A stretch of DNA of 64,000 nucleotides. Origin: Eledone cirrhosa. Its lineage: Eukaryota. The position numbers and the translations under genes are program-made. The stretch is taken from the NCBI GenBank assembly GCA_964016885.1, contig OZ024742.1, positions 61,008,001 to 61,072,000 of the forward strand, written 5' to 3'. Positions 37,706 to 50,075 of the stretch are shown in pieces. Position 1 is the stretch's first letter; each line of letters starts with the position of its first letter. Below the pieces are notes generated by a model. The model was given only the letters and a program-made list of their open reading frames with translations, had not been told where the DNA came from and made no database searches.

Positions 37706-38708
37706 GATGTGTCGTTTGTTTTGTTATTTTCGTTAGTTCTGTTTACCTTTTACATCCATATATGTACAAAGAAGTAGAGGAACTCTTGAGAGCAACAGCC
37801 ATCCTCTATATGAGGTGTGTAGTTCACATGGTTCGTGGCAAACGTTTGCACCAATCCTTTATTTTCGCCAGTTCTAAAAATTGTGGCTGATCCAACACAA
37901 GCCTTCACTACTATAAACAAATCATTTGTATGGATGGTTCAATGATTCTCTCAGTTCTTTTTGATATCTCATAAGTGTATTTGATATCTCACAATTAACA
38001 CAAAGCCTACTGCCGAAAAAGCAAAAGCGACAGGAACAAGTGTGGGCATTATAGGAAATCCTTAGCTGGAGCTCTACACAGTGGTGACTATCAGGAGATC
38101 GTCGTTAATGCATAATATACGAGCAATTTTGTGCTGTTCGTATCATCTGATAGTGACAGAACAGGTGGTTTTAGACGTAGCACTGATTTCCCTACAAAGG
38201 GAAAGCCGATAAAAGCACTTCCTCCCCTCCAAAAAAGATAAATAAATGAAAATAATAATAATAATAAAAAAAACAAAAAAAAATAATATGCTTGCTCAAT
38301 CTTATGACTTGGCAATCAGTCACAGCTATCTGGTTATCCAAATATGTGATCGAGACAAAACAAGGCATATAATATTTTCTTTTCGGAATTCTAGAAATCT
38401 CCGTCAATGTGGTTATGTTTTATATATATACAACAGATATCAGCAAGTTTCTATTTAGAAAATATCGCAAGACATTGTACACAAATATTCACATTTTCTG
38501 CTTTCCATTTTCTTCCTACATACTTCATCTTGTGAGTCTTGTCCTTTTCTTGCTTTAACACTCGGTCTAATGGCTGGTATTCGTCAGCTCATTATTTACC
38601 CTTTACTGTTTTGACTTGTACTCTTCTGTTTCTTGCAGCCCCGATCTTTCTGCTATCAACTACATACATACACACATACATACATACATACATACATACA
38701 TACATACA

Positions 38709-38739
<31 letters not shown>

Positions 38740-39800
38740 CCATATTAACATCATATGAGACCCGGATAGTAACACTGAAGCAACATCTTCAACAGAGGAA
38801 AAAGGTTGCCAACCATCTTCCCCAGGTTTGTGAGCATGAAAAAAAAAATCTTTAGAATAGCCACTGATCTGGAGGAGAGATATGTAATAAAGCCTGATAT
38901 AAATCTCTCACTCAGAGAAATCGGAAGATCCTATTCAATGTTCAAACAAGATGAAAAAATTGACCAATTTACAGAAAACGTTGTGCATGGATACTTGAGA
39001 CGTAAAACACAGACCTTAGAGGGGATAAACCACTCAAAAGCCTGGCATGGTGTTCGGACAAGTTTATGACATCACACCTTGAGGGATATCTCTATGCAAT
39101 ACAGGAACAAGAACTCCCTACCAAATATCTGCTGCACAAAAGAGGAGGGCCAGCAGCTGACAATAAGTGTAGGCTATGTAAAACAAAGATCGAGGATGTA
39201 AGCAACATTGTTGCCAGCTGCGAAAGAATGTCATCTCGCTACTACCTCCCCATAAGGCACGATGGGATAGCTAGAACCATCTGGAACGCATTCGGAAAAC
39301 AAAATTAACAACAAACGAGGAAGAATATATTGAGACAGATGGCACTAAGGAATACTGGTGGAACCTGAAAATAAAAACTGCCACCAAATTAAAGCACAAC
39401 CAGCTTGATATTATTGTTTGGGACCACACATTGAAAACGTGTTCTGTTGTGGAGATCAGCTGCACACTTGATGTAAACGTTGTCAGAAAAATACAGGAGC
39501 AGGAGGACATCTACGGACCATTGATGAGGAGTTTACAAATCCAGTATCCAAGATACACCTTTAGCTTCATACCCATCATTATTGGAGCTGCGGGTTATAT
39601 ACCAATCCGCTTGGATCAAAGTATGACTGAACATGGATTTGCGGACAAAGAGCGCAGATCCCTAATTCATAGTCTACAAATGGCTGCGAAAGCTGACACC
39701 TTCAAAATTTGCAAAACATTCTTGCAATTTCTTTTCTTTTACAACCTTGCCACCAGGAAGGTGGCCGGTCAAAAAAATAAACTCGAAATTAAGAGAAAGA
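38740..39800 (+). mobile_element. 5'-truncated R4-group (RLE) non-LTR element, second family
   Basis: AIQEQELPTKY, CRLCKTKIEDVSNIVASC...RHD, WWNLKIKTATKLKHNQLDIIVWD, VVEISC, FIPIIIGAAG. The 5' end joins (TACA)n at 38661-38738. Confidence 0.78.
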
Positions 39801-40160
39801 GATAACATAAGCATAAAAATTCCAGCTATAGAGCCGGCTACAGTAAGATGGGCATACTTTTAAGCAAATGTTTTAGTTTCAGACACGTATTTGCAATAAT
39901 ATAAATTCATGTCGATTTTGTATCAGATTTATTTCTACATGCAGTATATCTTGACCCACAAATGTTGACATGTTATCCGTGAAATACTAGAGTCGACTCT
40001 TATAAGAGGTTTATGGAAGATTCTAGATGTTTTGGCCAAAAATAACTATTACTCGAGTATATACGGTATATATTTATACGGTGACCCAGCATGGCCTCAG
40101 CCGGTTGGCTGGAACAGGTAAAAGAGTAAAAGAGTAAACACAGACATACACACATATATA

Positions 40161-40205
<45 letters not shown>

Positions 40206-41129
40206 GCAAGTATTCTTTTTGGAGGCGCTACAAACAGGTAGCTGTCATATTTTATAGTATAACAATATATGTGTGTTTGAATCTTAGGTCAAACACTTGG
40301 CATTTCGTTAAAAGATTACCGAATAATTTGTAATATTTTCAATACACTGAGCTACTTAATACTTAGCTTAAATATCATAATAACCGAATCTGACTCAGTC
40401 TTATGAGACCTTAATTATTATGTTTGTATCTAATTCCTTTTAATCTTCGTTTTAACGTGAGATAATTAATGACAAATAAATCATAATTTTCAAGATGCTA
40501 TTGTTTGTTAATGGCATTAGAATAATAATTGCTGCTTGGCTTCAGATCAATATGATATATTTCTCGTTAGCAATTAGAAAATGTCTATAAAATTAGTTTT
40601 AAAATGTAAACATTTTTCTGATAGGAAAGAAATATATGATAATAGCAATATGAAATTCTTGTATCTGTTAGCGTTCTGTTAATGAGTGTAAAATTATATT
40701 TGATATTATCACGTATCTCTCAAGACTATCGTTATTTTGTTTCATGAAAATTTAAATAAATAATACATTATAAAAGCATATTAAAACAATTCTGATATAG
40801 TCAGGAGCTTGATTTAATCCTTTTAATATCAATCCTTCAGAAAACACCGTTATTTTTACGATATAGACCTACTTTTGTTTTTCTAAAAGCCTTCCATCAT
40901 GATATCATATTAGATCATTTGCTAAATTGCGCTCCAAACCCCATATTAATAAAAAAAAAAAAAAAAAAAAGGTAGTCATATCTTTAAATATTTTATTAAT
41001 TTAAAATTACATGCAGTAGCTTTCATAACTGCAGTGTGTAATTCCGGATGTATGTAGCTTTGTTGGTCCGGTGTCAGATTTCAGAAAATATAAAGGAGAG
41101 AGAGAGAGATGCGTGAGAGAGAGAAGGCG

Positions 41130-41950
41130 GTAGTAAAATTGAGTGTCCCAGCTTAGATTGTTATACAAAATTACTCCAATGTCTCTCGGATTGTTGGATG
41201 GCACGAGGACTTCACTTCAGGGAACAGAATATGATAACTTCAGTTGCATCCTCTTTTCCAAAGTGGATTAGTTCAAATTCGTTCTCGTTCAACGGCATAT
41301 TGCTTTGTTCAGGCCATTGGATGACAGAAAGTAGATCAGATTGAAGGCATGGACGATCTCCCACTATATTGATGACTTTCTGGAGTTTGGAATCAACTGC
41401 GACGATTCTGGTGTTGGTGTGCTTCATGACACCGATAATATCATTGATGTAAATAATGAAGAGAAATGGGCCCAACATATTGTCTTGTGGGACGCCAATA
41501 TTGGTTTTGGCGTGCTTTTATTCCTTCGAACACAACATGTTGAGAAGCACATAATACATAGTAGTAACTTTCCAGTGACACCAATTTTGGATAGTATTTT
41601 CAACAGGATGTTGTGATCAACCCTGTTAAAACCCAGTTAATATAAAATTGTGTGATTACCAGTATTGCAGTCCACTACCAAAGCTCTTAAAATATCATCC
41701 AAGTGATATCAAGAGTTGCGTTAGGAAGTCACTGCCATTTCAGAACCTATGTTGGTTGGAGTTCAGCAGATTGTTGCTTTCAAGAAAGTGAGTTATTCGT
41801 GATCACATCACCCACTTAAATACATATGATAGGCGAGAGAGATCAAACCATAATTAACTGCAAGGGATTTGCTTCACTTTTTGAAACCTGGGATGACAGA
41901 CTGGGACTGAACATATTCAGAGATATAGCCAGCGTCGACACACGTTTAGG
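41130..41950 (-). mobile_element. CR1/L2-group LINE RT fragment
   Basis: NSNQHRF, GVPQDNMLGPFLFIIYIND, LQSDLLSVIQW, RDIGVIL. Confidence 0.78.
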
Positions 41951-42118
41951 ACATTAGCGGGGCCAACTGCTGAATTTCGTTTTTTGCCCCTAAGACATCA
42001 GGGGCGCCAAACTTTATGTCAGATATAGAGTGTTGTGTGTTAACATTACTGATACAGCCCAGATCAGCCATATCAGGACTGCTGAAAAAAAAGAGTATTA
42101 TTTCACTCATTGTGCATG

Positions 42119-42210
42119 TGTGGTGGATTGGCTTTACAGCATAGAGGTACGGTCCTTTACGGTCTGAGTTCAAATCCCACCGAGGTTAACTTTGCCAAAC
42201 GTAGAAACAA
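42119..42210 (+). mobile_element. Internally deleted SINE
   Basis: The head and B box (ctgagttcaaatccc) are joined directly to the tail gtagaaacaatt. Confidence 0.7.
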
Positions 42211-43269
42211 TTATTTCCCCTATGGTTATCTCTTAATGTATTCAGCGAAAGTGATGAATTGGAATGTGACGAGGAACTGCTGTGTCATATAGTAAGTCTT
42301 CTATCATGCAGGAATTTAGTAGTGGTTCTTCCTGCTGTTGTTGCTAATGCTATAGCGGTTGTTCTTGGTGATATTCTTGTTTAATTGGTTCTTGTTGATT
42401 CTGTGGCTGTTATTTATGTGGTTGTTGTTGTTGATTCGCTTGAACAATATTTGGAGAAAATACATGTTCACCATTTCACCACTTCAACACATAATGAACC
42501 TACATCACCTAAATTTAAAAGACAGTGGTGTTAATATAAGAACTACAAGAGATAACCTAATTTGAATTATATATATATATATATATATAAATTTCAAATC
42601 TGTTTATCTGCTGTATTTCTTATATTAACATCATGATCTTCTAAAATTGATTTTGCCCTTTTTAATGTATTAAGTGTTTACATCACTATATATGCTTTTA
42701 CATTATGTATCGTAACTAATTTTGACAGCTTCAATGTCCATGCTCACAATATATCAGATTGTTCAGAAATTGGTGCAAGATGTTAAACATTAACGACATA
42801 TCGTAGTCCAGAATAAACCTACATTACTTTCTTAACAATCTCATATATTTCTGTCATCATTTTTCATTCTGTCTGTTAGAAATATATTTATTTACTTAAT
42901 AGGTTTCGATTTACTCAATTTCTCTGGATGTAAAAATAAATTTATTACGATAATTCACAGAGTATTTTTTATCCTATTTTTAAAAGAAATGTTGTATTTT
43001 CAAATCCTCTCCGATAATATAATTTTTGTGTCCATCTCTAGATTGTAAATCACTTCATCTGTCTGATAAGTGTTCTTATTTTTCTCTATTCTTTTAAAAG
43101 ATTATTACACTTAATTCAAATATCTCTGTAACTCACTCCGCATATTGATTGCCGTCACCACACATACTCCCCTCACCTCCAGCCCTAGCCCTTCTGTATC
43201 ATCATCTTCTTTCGTCGCGCCCACCACCCTCTCATCTCCCCACCACTGACTACGCACACGCCTTGCTTG

Positions 43270-44440
43270 CCTATCCCCCACAGCCTCTCCCCCTCCACCA
43301 TTTTTAATCCCTCACGTACCTAAGGACCTACAGCTCTCCGAAGCTGAGCTCTCCCTCATCGCCAGGGTTTTGCATTTCATACCTACCACATCAACGTGGG
43401 AAGAGTTCCGCACACGTGCCGAAATTAAGGGGTTCTTCCGTCGATAAAGGTTCAATGCCTTTTTCCACAACACCTCATCTTCGACCCAGACGGACAACTT
43501 CACAAGTCTCAGTCGCCGACGAGTTGGACACCGACTGGACACCGAGCTCTGGCCAGTTCAGTAGCCGCGACTACTCTGTGGACACTTGCCGACGCACTGT
43601 CAATCGGATTAGTTCCCACATTCGTTCTCGTCGCACCCGGGTCGAACTCTCCGCTCTGAAGATCCTACGGCGTCCCGATGACATTGTCCCCAAACCCACT
43701 GAAAAATGGGGCATCGTGGTGGTGTGGCGCCCGGATCTCTACATGACCGAGGCCCTCTGTCAACTTCATGAAACCTATTTTTACAGCCCTTTATTCTCTG
43801 AGCCCACCCCTGGATATCAACAGCTCGTTTCCACCCCATTCACCAACTCATCGCCTCCCCTCTCCTTACCCACCCACAGCCATAATCCTTACAGTACGCA
43901 CCCCTCGCACAAACACCATCTGCCTCCTCCTCAAAATTCATAGATCTAATAATCCCGGCCCTCCTATCGTTTCTGCCTGTAACTGCCCTACCGAAATATG
44001 ACCTCTGTCTATACCGTCATCGCTGATGATGACGGCCTCCGAGCTCTCCGACACTTTTTAGACCTAGGCTCTATCACTAACCCTAGCACGCCTACTCTTA
44101 TCCGTCTTACTAAGCTTGTTGTGACCCTCAGTAGCTTTTCCTTTTCAGAAGAGTTTTACCGGTAGGTCTCTGGGGTAGTCATAGGAACCAGAATGAGCCC
44201 GAACTATACTAACTTGCTTCTTGGCTACGTCGAGGCCCAGATCTTCTCCCAGTACACTGGACCTACCGCTGAGCTATACGGTCGTTACTTCGACGACTCT
44301 ATCGGCGCCACCCCTCTCTACGATGAACTCCTCGAGTGATTTCCTTCCTTCGTCCAGTCTTTTCATCTCGTTCTCAACTTCATCACCTCAGTCTCCGATT
44401 CCTCTGTCCAATTTCTCGATATCTCTCTCTTTCTCAATCA
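43270..44440 (+). mobile_element. Neptune-like Penelope element RT fragment
   Basis: LSEAELSL, VPKPTEKWGIVVVWRPDLY, LLKIHRSNNPGPPIVSACNCPTE, GVVIGTRMSPNYTNL, YGRYFDD. Many stops and frameshifts. Confidence 0.82.
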
Positions 44441-44970
44441 CATTCACCAAACCCTCACTAAGTTACCTTAGCAATTTTAATGACCCCCCAAATAGTTTTG
44501 GATTTACCATCCATTATGAAAGGGAGTCCTTAGTGGACTTCAGAGAAAAACCTGAGAAATTAATATTGCGAAGGTAACATTCTTTTGCACCTACTCTCTT
44601 AAACAGTAAATTTTACAATGATATATGTAATGTAGGCAGACCATTATTCATATTTAATTAGAAACTGAGGTACAATCTTAAATCTGTGAATATACCTCTC
44701 ACTTCCTTTGAATTCCTAGATGCTGCGCGTTGAAAATGGAGAGCTGTCTACATGAAGGTATAAAGAACTATGAAAAATCCGTTTGGTCCATCATCGTGAT
44801 CTAAGATCTAGCACCATTGATCCAATCAAATATGTCATCTTACTGCGCTCAAAATGTTGCCATCCACAGTAAATAATATTTAATATGTAGATTGGCTGCC
44901 GGGCTTAAGTGCCATTTAAGACAGAAACATAAACAATTGAACTAGGAAAACTATTCAACACTCATACGTT

Positions 44971-45033
<63 letters not shown>

Positions 45034-45035
<2 letters not shown>

Positions 45036-45210
45036 TTATTAAAATAACAGATTAAAGTTTAAGCAAAGAATCGCTGCTTTCACCCTTAAGCTTAAACTTT
45101 AATCTGTTATTCTAATAAATAATTGCTCTACGGTTCTTATATATTTGATATATATTTATCCTTATCGTGCCCTCTTTAGATTTTAGTCTTCAAATGTATT
45201 ATTATTACTA
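45034..45210. mobile_element. Short fold-back PLE-end element (family also at 53668 and 62214)
   Basis: Arms at 45034-45064 and 45090-45121, followed by a tail nearly identical to 62263-62352. Flanked by (TA)n. Confidence 0.7.
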
Positions 45211-45300
45211 TATATATATAGTAATAAATATGTTGGTAATTCAGAAAATATGTATGCTTATAACTGATTCGAAGCACTCAACAGTTTTTATTTAATATCA

Positions 45301-46684
45301 ATGATATTAAATAAATGGAAACTATCTTTATAAAACCATATTTATTCTATTATATATATTTCAAGGGTACCAAAACTTTGGTACGGTCATCAGATAAAAT
45401 ACAAAGTTTGTTTTATAAATATTGACATATCCAGGAAGAAGATCTTAACGGTTCAATTTTTCCTGGATAGTAAAAGGAAAGAGGGAAAGAGAAGAAAAGT
45501 CGAATATTTCAAATTATTAAGATGCGTATGCAAATGAGGTTGAGGTATAGGGCTGAAAAAAAACGTTATTTTTAGACGCTAGGTAGATTTAAATAATTAT
45601 TAGGATATATGTATGCATGTGTAGGAAGAAGAAAGAGAAAGAAAGAAAGGCTTGTATTCTTCGAAATGCACTCTTGACTTATTTAATAATACATTTTTTC
45701 CTCTTTTTAATCTTCAAACTTGTCACACATCTTTCGACGTAAATAATATGTAATTGAAATTCTCATCCTATAAAAAAATTATAATCTCACACAAAATAAT
45801 ATATAATTTTCTCTACATACTTTCTAAGTAAATCATTCATCAAATTTAATGGTTAGCAAATAATATTGGAGTTATCTTTACCTTTACAATTGAGAAAACA
45901 TAGACATGATAACTTGTATGATAAATTATATCATTTCGCTAAATTAACAATATTCTGAAAACATTTTCAATGTTGGAACAACATATTTGAATCTACAAAT
46001 TGTTCTCCTCTTGCAACTTTTTCTTAAATATTTATGTTAAACCAACATCCTTCGTAATTCATATGAGAAATATAAACAATTAATACGTGTGGTTTATTTC
46101 TATAAAATCACCAATAATACTTATACTTGCACAATTATTAATCTATATAGATATTTATATACTTACAACCTGTTGCAATGTAATAAGATAAAATGTACTT
46201 ACAACCATAATTCTTCATATAATCTAATTGATTATATATATAATATTATAACTCATAATATAGCTAAATAATTTTGTTTAATTCTGGAATCACATTCCAC
46301 CATTCCTACAAACTGTTAATTCTTTTTAAATTCACGTAACTTTCTCTTTCTTCTTCCTACACATACATATATAAATCCTAATAATTATTTAAATCTACCT
46401 AGCGTCTAAAAATAACGTTTTTTTTTCACCCATATACCTCAACCTCATTTGCATACTCATCTTAATAGTTTGAAATATTCGACTTTTCTTCTCTTTCCCT
46501 TCTTTCCTTTTACTATCCAGGAAAAACTTGAACCGTTAAGATCTTCTTCCTGGATATGTCAATATTTATAAAACAAACTTTGTGCTTTATCTAATGAGAG
46601 CGTACCAAACTTTGGTACCCTTTAAATATATATAATAGAATAAATATGGTTTTATAAATATATATTCCATTTATTTAATATCAT
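45301..46684. mobile_element. Element with ~340-bp terminal inverted repeats carrying a hammerhead motif
   Basis: Arms at 45301-45641 and 46340-46684. The left arm on the minus strand reads CTGATGA-ccgtacca-aagttt-tggtac-cctt-GAAA-tata-TA (~45353-45393). Confidence 0.72.
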
Positions 46685-46734
46685 ATATATATATATATAT
46701 ATATCGTGTTGTTTTCTCGAAGAATGCCACCAGT

Positions 46735-46909
46735 TCTTTGAGGAAACAACACCATACTTCGTGCAGGACATATCAATGGACCGAAATATCGGAGGTAAAG
46801 TTTGTTCCATCATTATGTTTTCTTGTTTTTTTTTCTGTTCTAGTCCTAGCTGTATGATGAAGCCATAGCTGTTGAATAATGGTTATCACCGAAATACATA
46901 TATTACAGC
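46735..46909 (+). ncRNA. Two tandem degenerate hammerhead motifs in a PLE 3' end
   Basis: tTGAGGA...ccGAAA-ta-TC (~46738-46790) and gctgt-aTGATGA-agccat...atggtt...GAAA-tacatata-TT-acagc (46849-46909), then AATAAA and a tail running to (TA)n. Confidence 0.55.
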
Positions 46910-47659
46910 GAATATGAATAAACGAATCTAATTTTAACTTGTTGCCTTACACTTCTTGTTTTTTAAATGACTCCGGAGTAAACAGACCAGCCTGAGCACT
47001 TCGTTGAGTGCATACTGAAGTGTCGGTAATCAGCCAACACAAACTCAAATATATATATGTGTGTGTGTGCATGTGTGTGTCTGTGTATCTGTGTCTGTGT
47101 GTGTTGGACTCTCATACGGAAGGCTTAAGGTCCGTGTAGTGAAATTGCTTTTTGTAAAAGTTACTATAATCCAAATTAACTATAATATAGTATTTAGTCC
47201 GAAAACCTAACAATTCAGCAAAAGTCAATCGTCCATGATTGATACTTTATATTATAGACTTCACAATGATGAAATGCAAATTTGAGATTGGAGGGATTGA
47301 ACTTGGAACGCAAAAGTTCTGAACAAATAACGCAATACAATTTTTATAAGCTTAACGAATCTGCTTTGACTTTTATCCGTTTCAGCTAATATCTAACCTC
47401 CAAAATTGTACGTTTATTCCAGAAATTGTTTATATTAGCTTCACCGTGTATATACCACGATGGCAACCCTGTTTAGGTAAACATATGATAAAATATATTT
47501 TATCGTGAATTATCTAATTTTAGCTGCCCGAAACTCTGTGTATATATTTACCTGAGACTTGAGTGGTTTTATTCTTTACCTTGTCTATTCAATATTTCTT
47601 TTCCTTCGGTTTCACTTAATATGCAGAGTGGGCTACAGTTAGCTTACTACTTACATAAT

Positions 47660-47875
47660 AATTGCTTCTACTTTAGACACAAGGCCAGCAATTTGAAGGC
47701 AGGGTAAAGTCGATTAAATCGATCCCAGTGTTTACTGGTACTTTATTTTATCGACTCCGTAAGTTTGAAAGGCAAAGATAATCTCGGCAGGACTTGAACT
47801 CAGAAAGAACAGGGCCATAAATCTATGCCGTAAAGCATAGTGTCCCACGCTCTACTGACACTGTCAATCCGGTGC
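47660..47875 (-). mobile_element. tRNA-derived SINE, antisense
   Basis: Reverse complement of the family sequence; TSD-like tacttacataat. Confidence 0.85.
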
Positions 47876-47934
47876 CCTATATTACTTACATAATGACGGG
47901 ATTGCAAACTGTTAGAATTATTTTCTGTAGCTAA

Positions 47935-48145
47935 GGGGGGTGGATTGGCAGTATCGGTAGAGCGTCAAACACCATGCTTTGCAGCATAGAAAGACGGTCC
48001 TTTACGGTCTGAGTTCAAATCCCGCTGAGGTTAACTTTGCCTTTCATCCTTACGGGGTCGATAAAATAAAGCACCAGTAATGCACTGAGTTCGATTTAAT
48101 CAGCTCCTAAAATAAGTTACTGGCCTTGTGCCTATAGTAGAAATC
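47935..48145 (+). mobile_element. tRNA-derived SINE
   Basis: Family sequence; TSD attatttkctgtagcta at 47917 and 48146. Confidence 0.88.
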
Positions 48146-49365
48146 ATTATTTGCTGTAGCTATATAAACTGACAGGATTTACCTACATATTACTATCATC
48201 CGTTTTGATATATATATTTCTGAACAGTAGCTTTTCATTATGGTCCATATTGTATTTTGATATTTGCACCTTATGTGATATGTTGATTTCATCTAAACAT
48301 TTCAGCTCGTTTGATTATCTTTTCATAAACTATCTTTCCCAGGTGTAATTAACTCCTTCTGAAATTTTTCACCCAATGTAATTACATTCAAATAAACATA
48401 ATTAGCACATATTCTTACTATGATCATCTGGTATATTTTTTTCTCCGATTAATTAGCTTTCCTTATAATTTCTCCGATTAATTAGCTTTCCTTAAAAATT
48501 CAAAACTATACACCATATAAACGTCAAATATTTACACAACATAGCTGAGAATTTGTGAAGTTTGCTTTACAATGATAAGGTCCCAGGTTCGATATCACGG
48601 CGTGGCATCTTGGACAATTTTCTTCCTTCATGGCTTTTTGAATGAAAATGTGCAGGAATTGTTTCGAGATCATGTACGATGGGTTGTACATATAATTCAA
48701 ATATTTAACCTTCTCAAACACTCAGTCACACTATATGTTCTGGAAAGGTTTGTTGCGGTATATGTGTCTATGGAGTCCCCAGCTATTTACATAATCTTAC
48801 AGAATCGACTGCACCTGTAATTGTACCTGACTGTATCATGCTGAATATCCACGAGAGCTACCTTAAGTGGAAATGTGTCTGTGGAATGTCAGTAGCCGGT
48901 ATTTCCCTTGATCGAACAACAGGAATATGATGATCTAAACAGACTGGGGTCCATTCCAGTTATTATTGTGATACAATTGCAATGGACATTGTTTCTCAAT
49001 TGAAATGATTTGTGAAGAAGCTGGTTTGACAGAGTCGATACTTGTCGAAAAAACTGCCTCATGGTATTTGTTCTGGCTATTTACGTTCTGTGTTAAAATC
49101 CCTCAAGGTCAAGTTTACCATTTCATCATTCTTCTTATAACAAGAATAACATGCTTATGTTTCACAATGAGGCTTGTAAACTCTAATTTTATTTACATAA
49201 AAAGCCCGTAGTAAGACGTGTAAACAAATCCATTGTCTTATGAAGCATTAGGAAAGTTTGATATATGAGATGTTAATGTTTGCATCCAAACTCAAATGAA
49301 TATGTGATAATATGCATCTATCATATATATACACATATATATATACAAATATATATATATATATG

Positions 49366-49495
<130 letters not shown>

Positions 49496-50012
49496 TTGCA
49501 CAAATTAGAAAGCGTATCCCTGGAGATGATGGAATAAGCGGATAGAGTTGCCAATATGATAGTCGAAGAATATATGTGACAGTTTAGGAATCCATTCTTC
49601 AAAAGCACCTCTGTTCACTTTTTTCCGGCTCCAGAGGTATTTACAAATTGTTGTCACCTATTATGTATTGCAGTCGACTATCATCATAGTCATTTCAGTT
49701 GGATTGCAAGCATTTCAAATATCAAATCTCATTAATACATCTCAATACAACGGATTTATTTACACTTTTTGCTAGAGACTTAAAATCTTCCCTAAAGATG
49801 GAATTGGTGTACATCACCTCGTCACCATACAGGTTAACGCACTCATAATGCATCTAAGATATGCAATGTTCAATATCTCCGGCCACATGGTTCCGTTTTT
49901 ACGGATACTTTAATCGATTTTCTGAACTATTATTTATATTGATCGAATGTTATTATGTGATAACTTATATTGGAACGCACAGTTTTCAAATTACACACGC
50001 GCGCGCATACAC

Positions 50013-50075
<63 letters not shown>

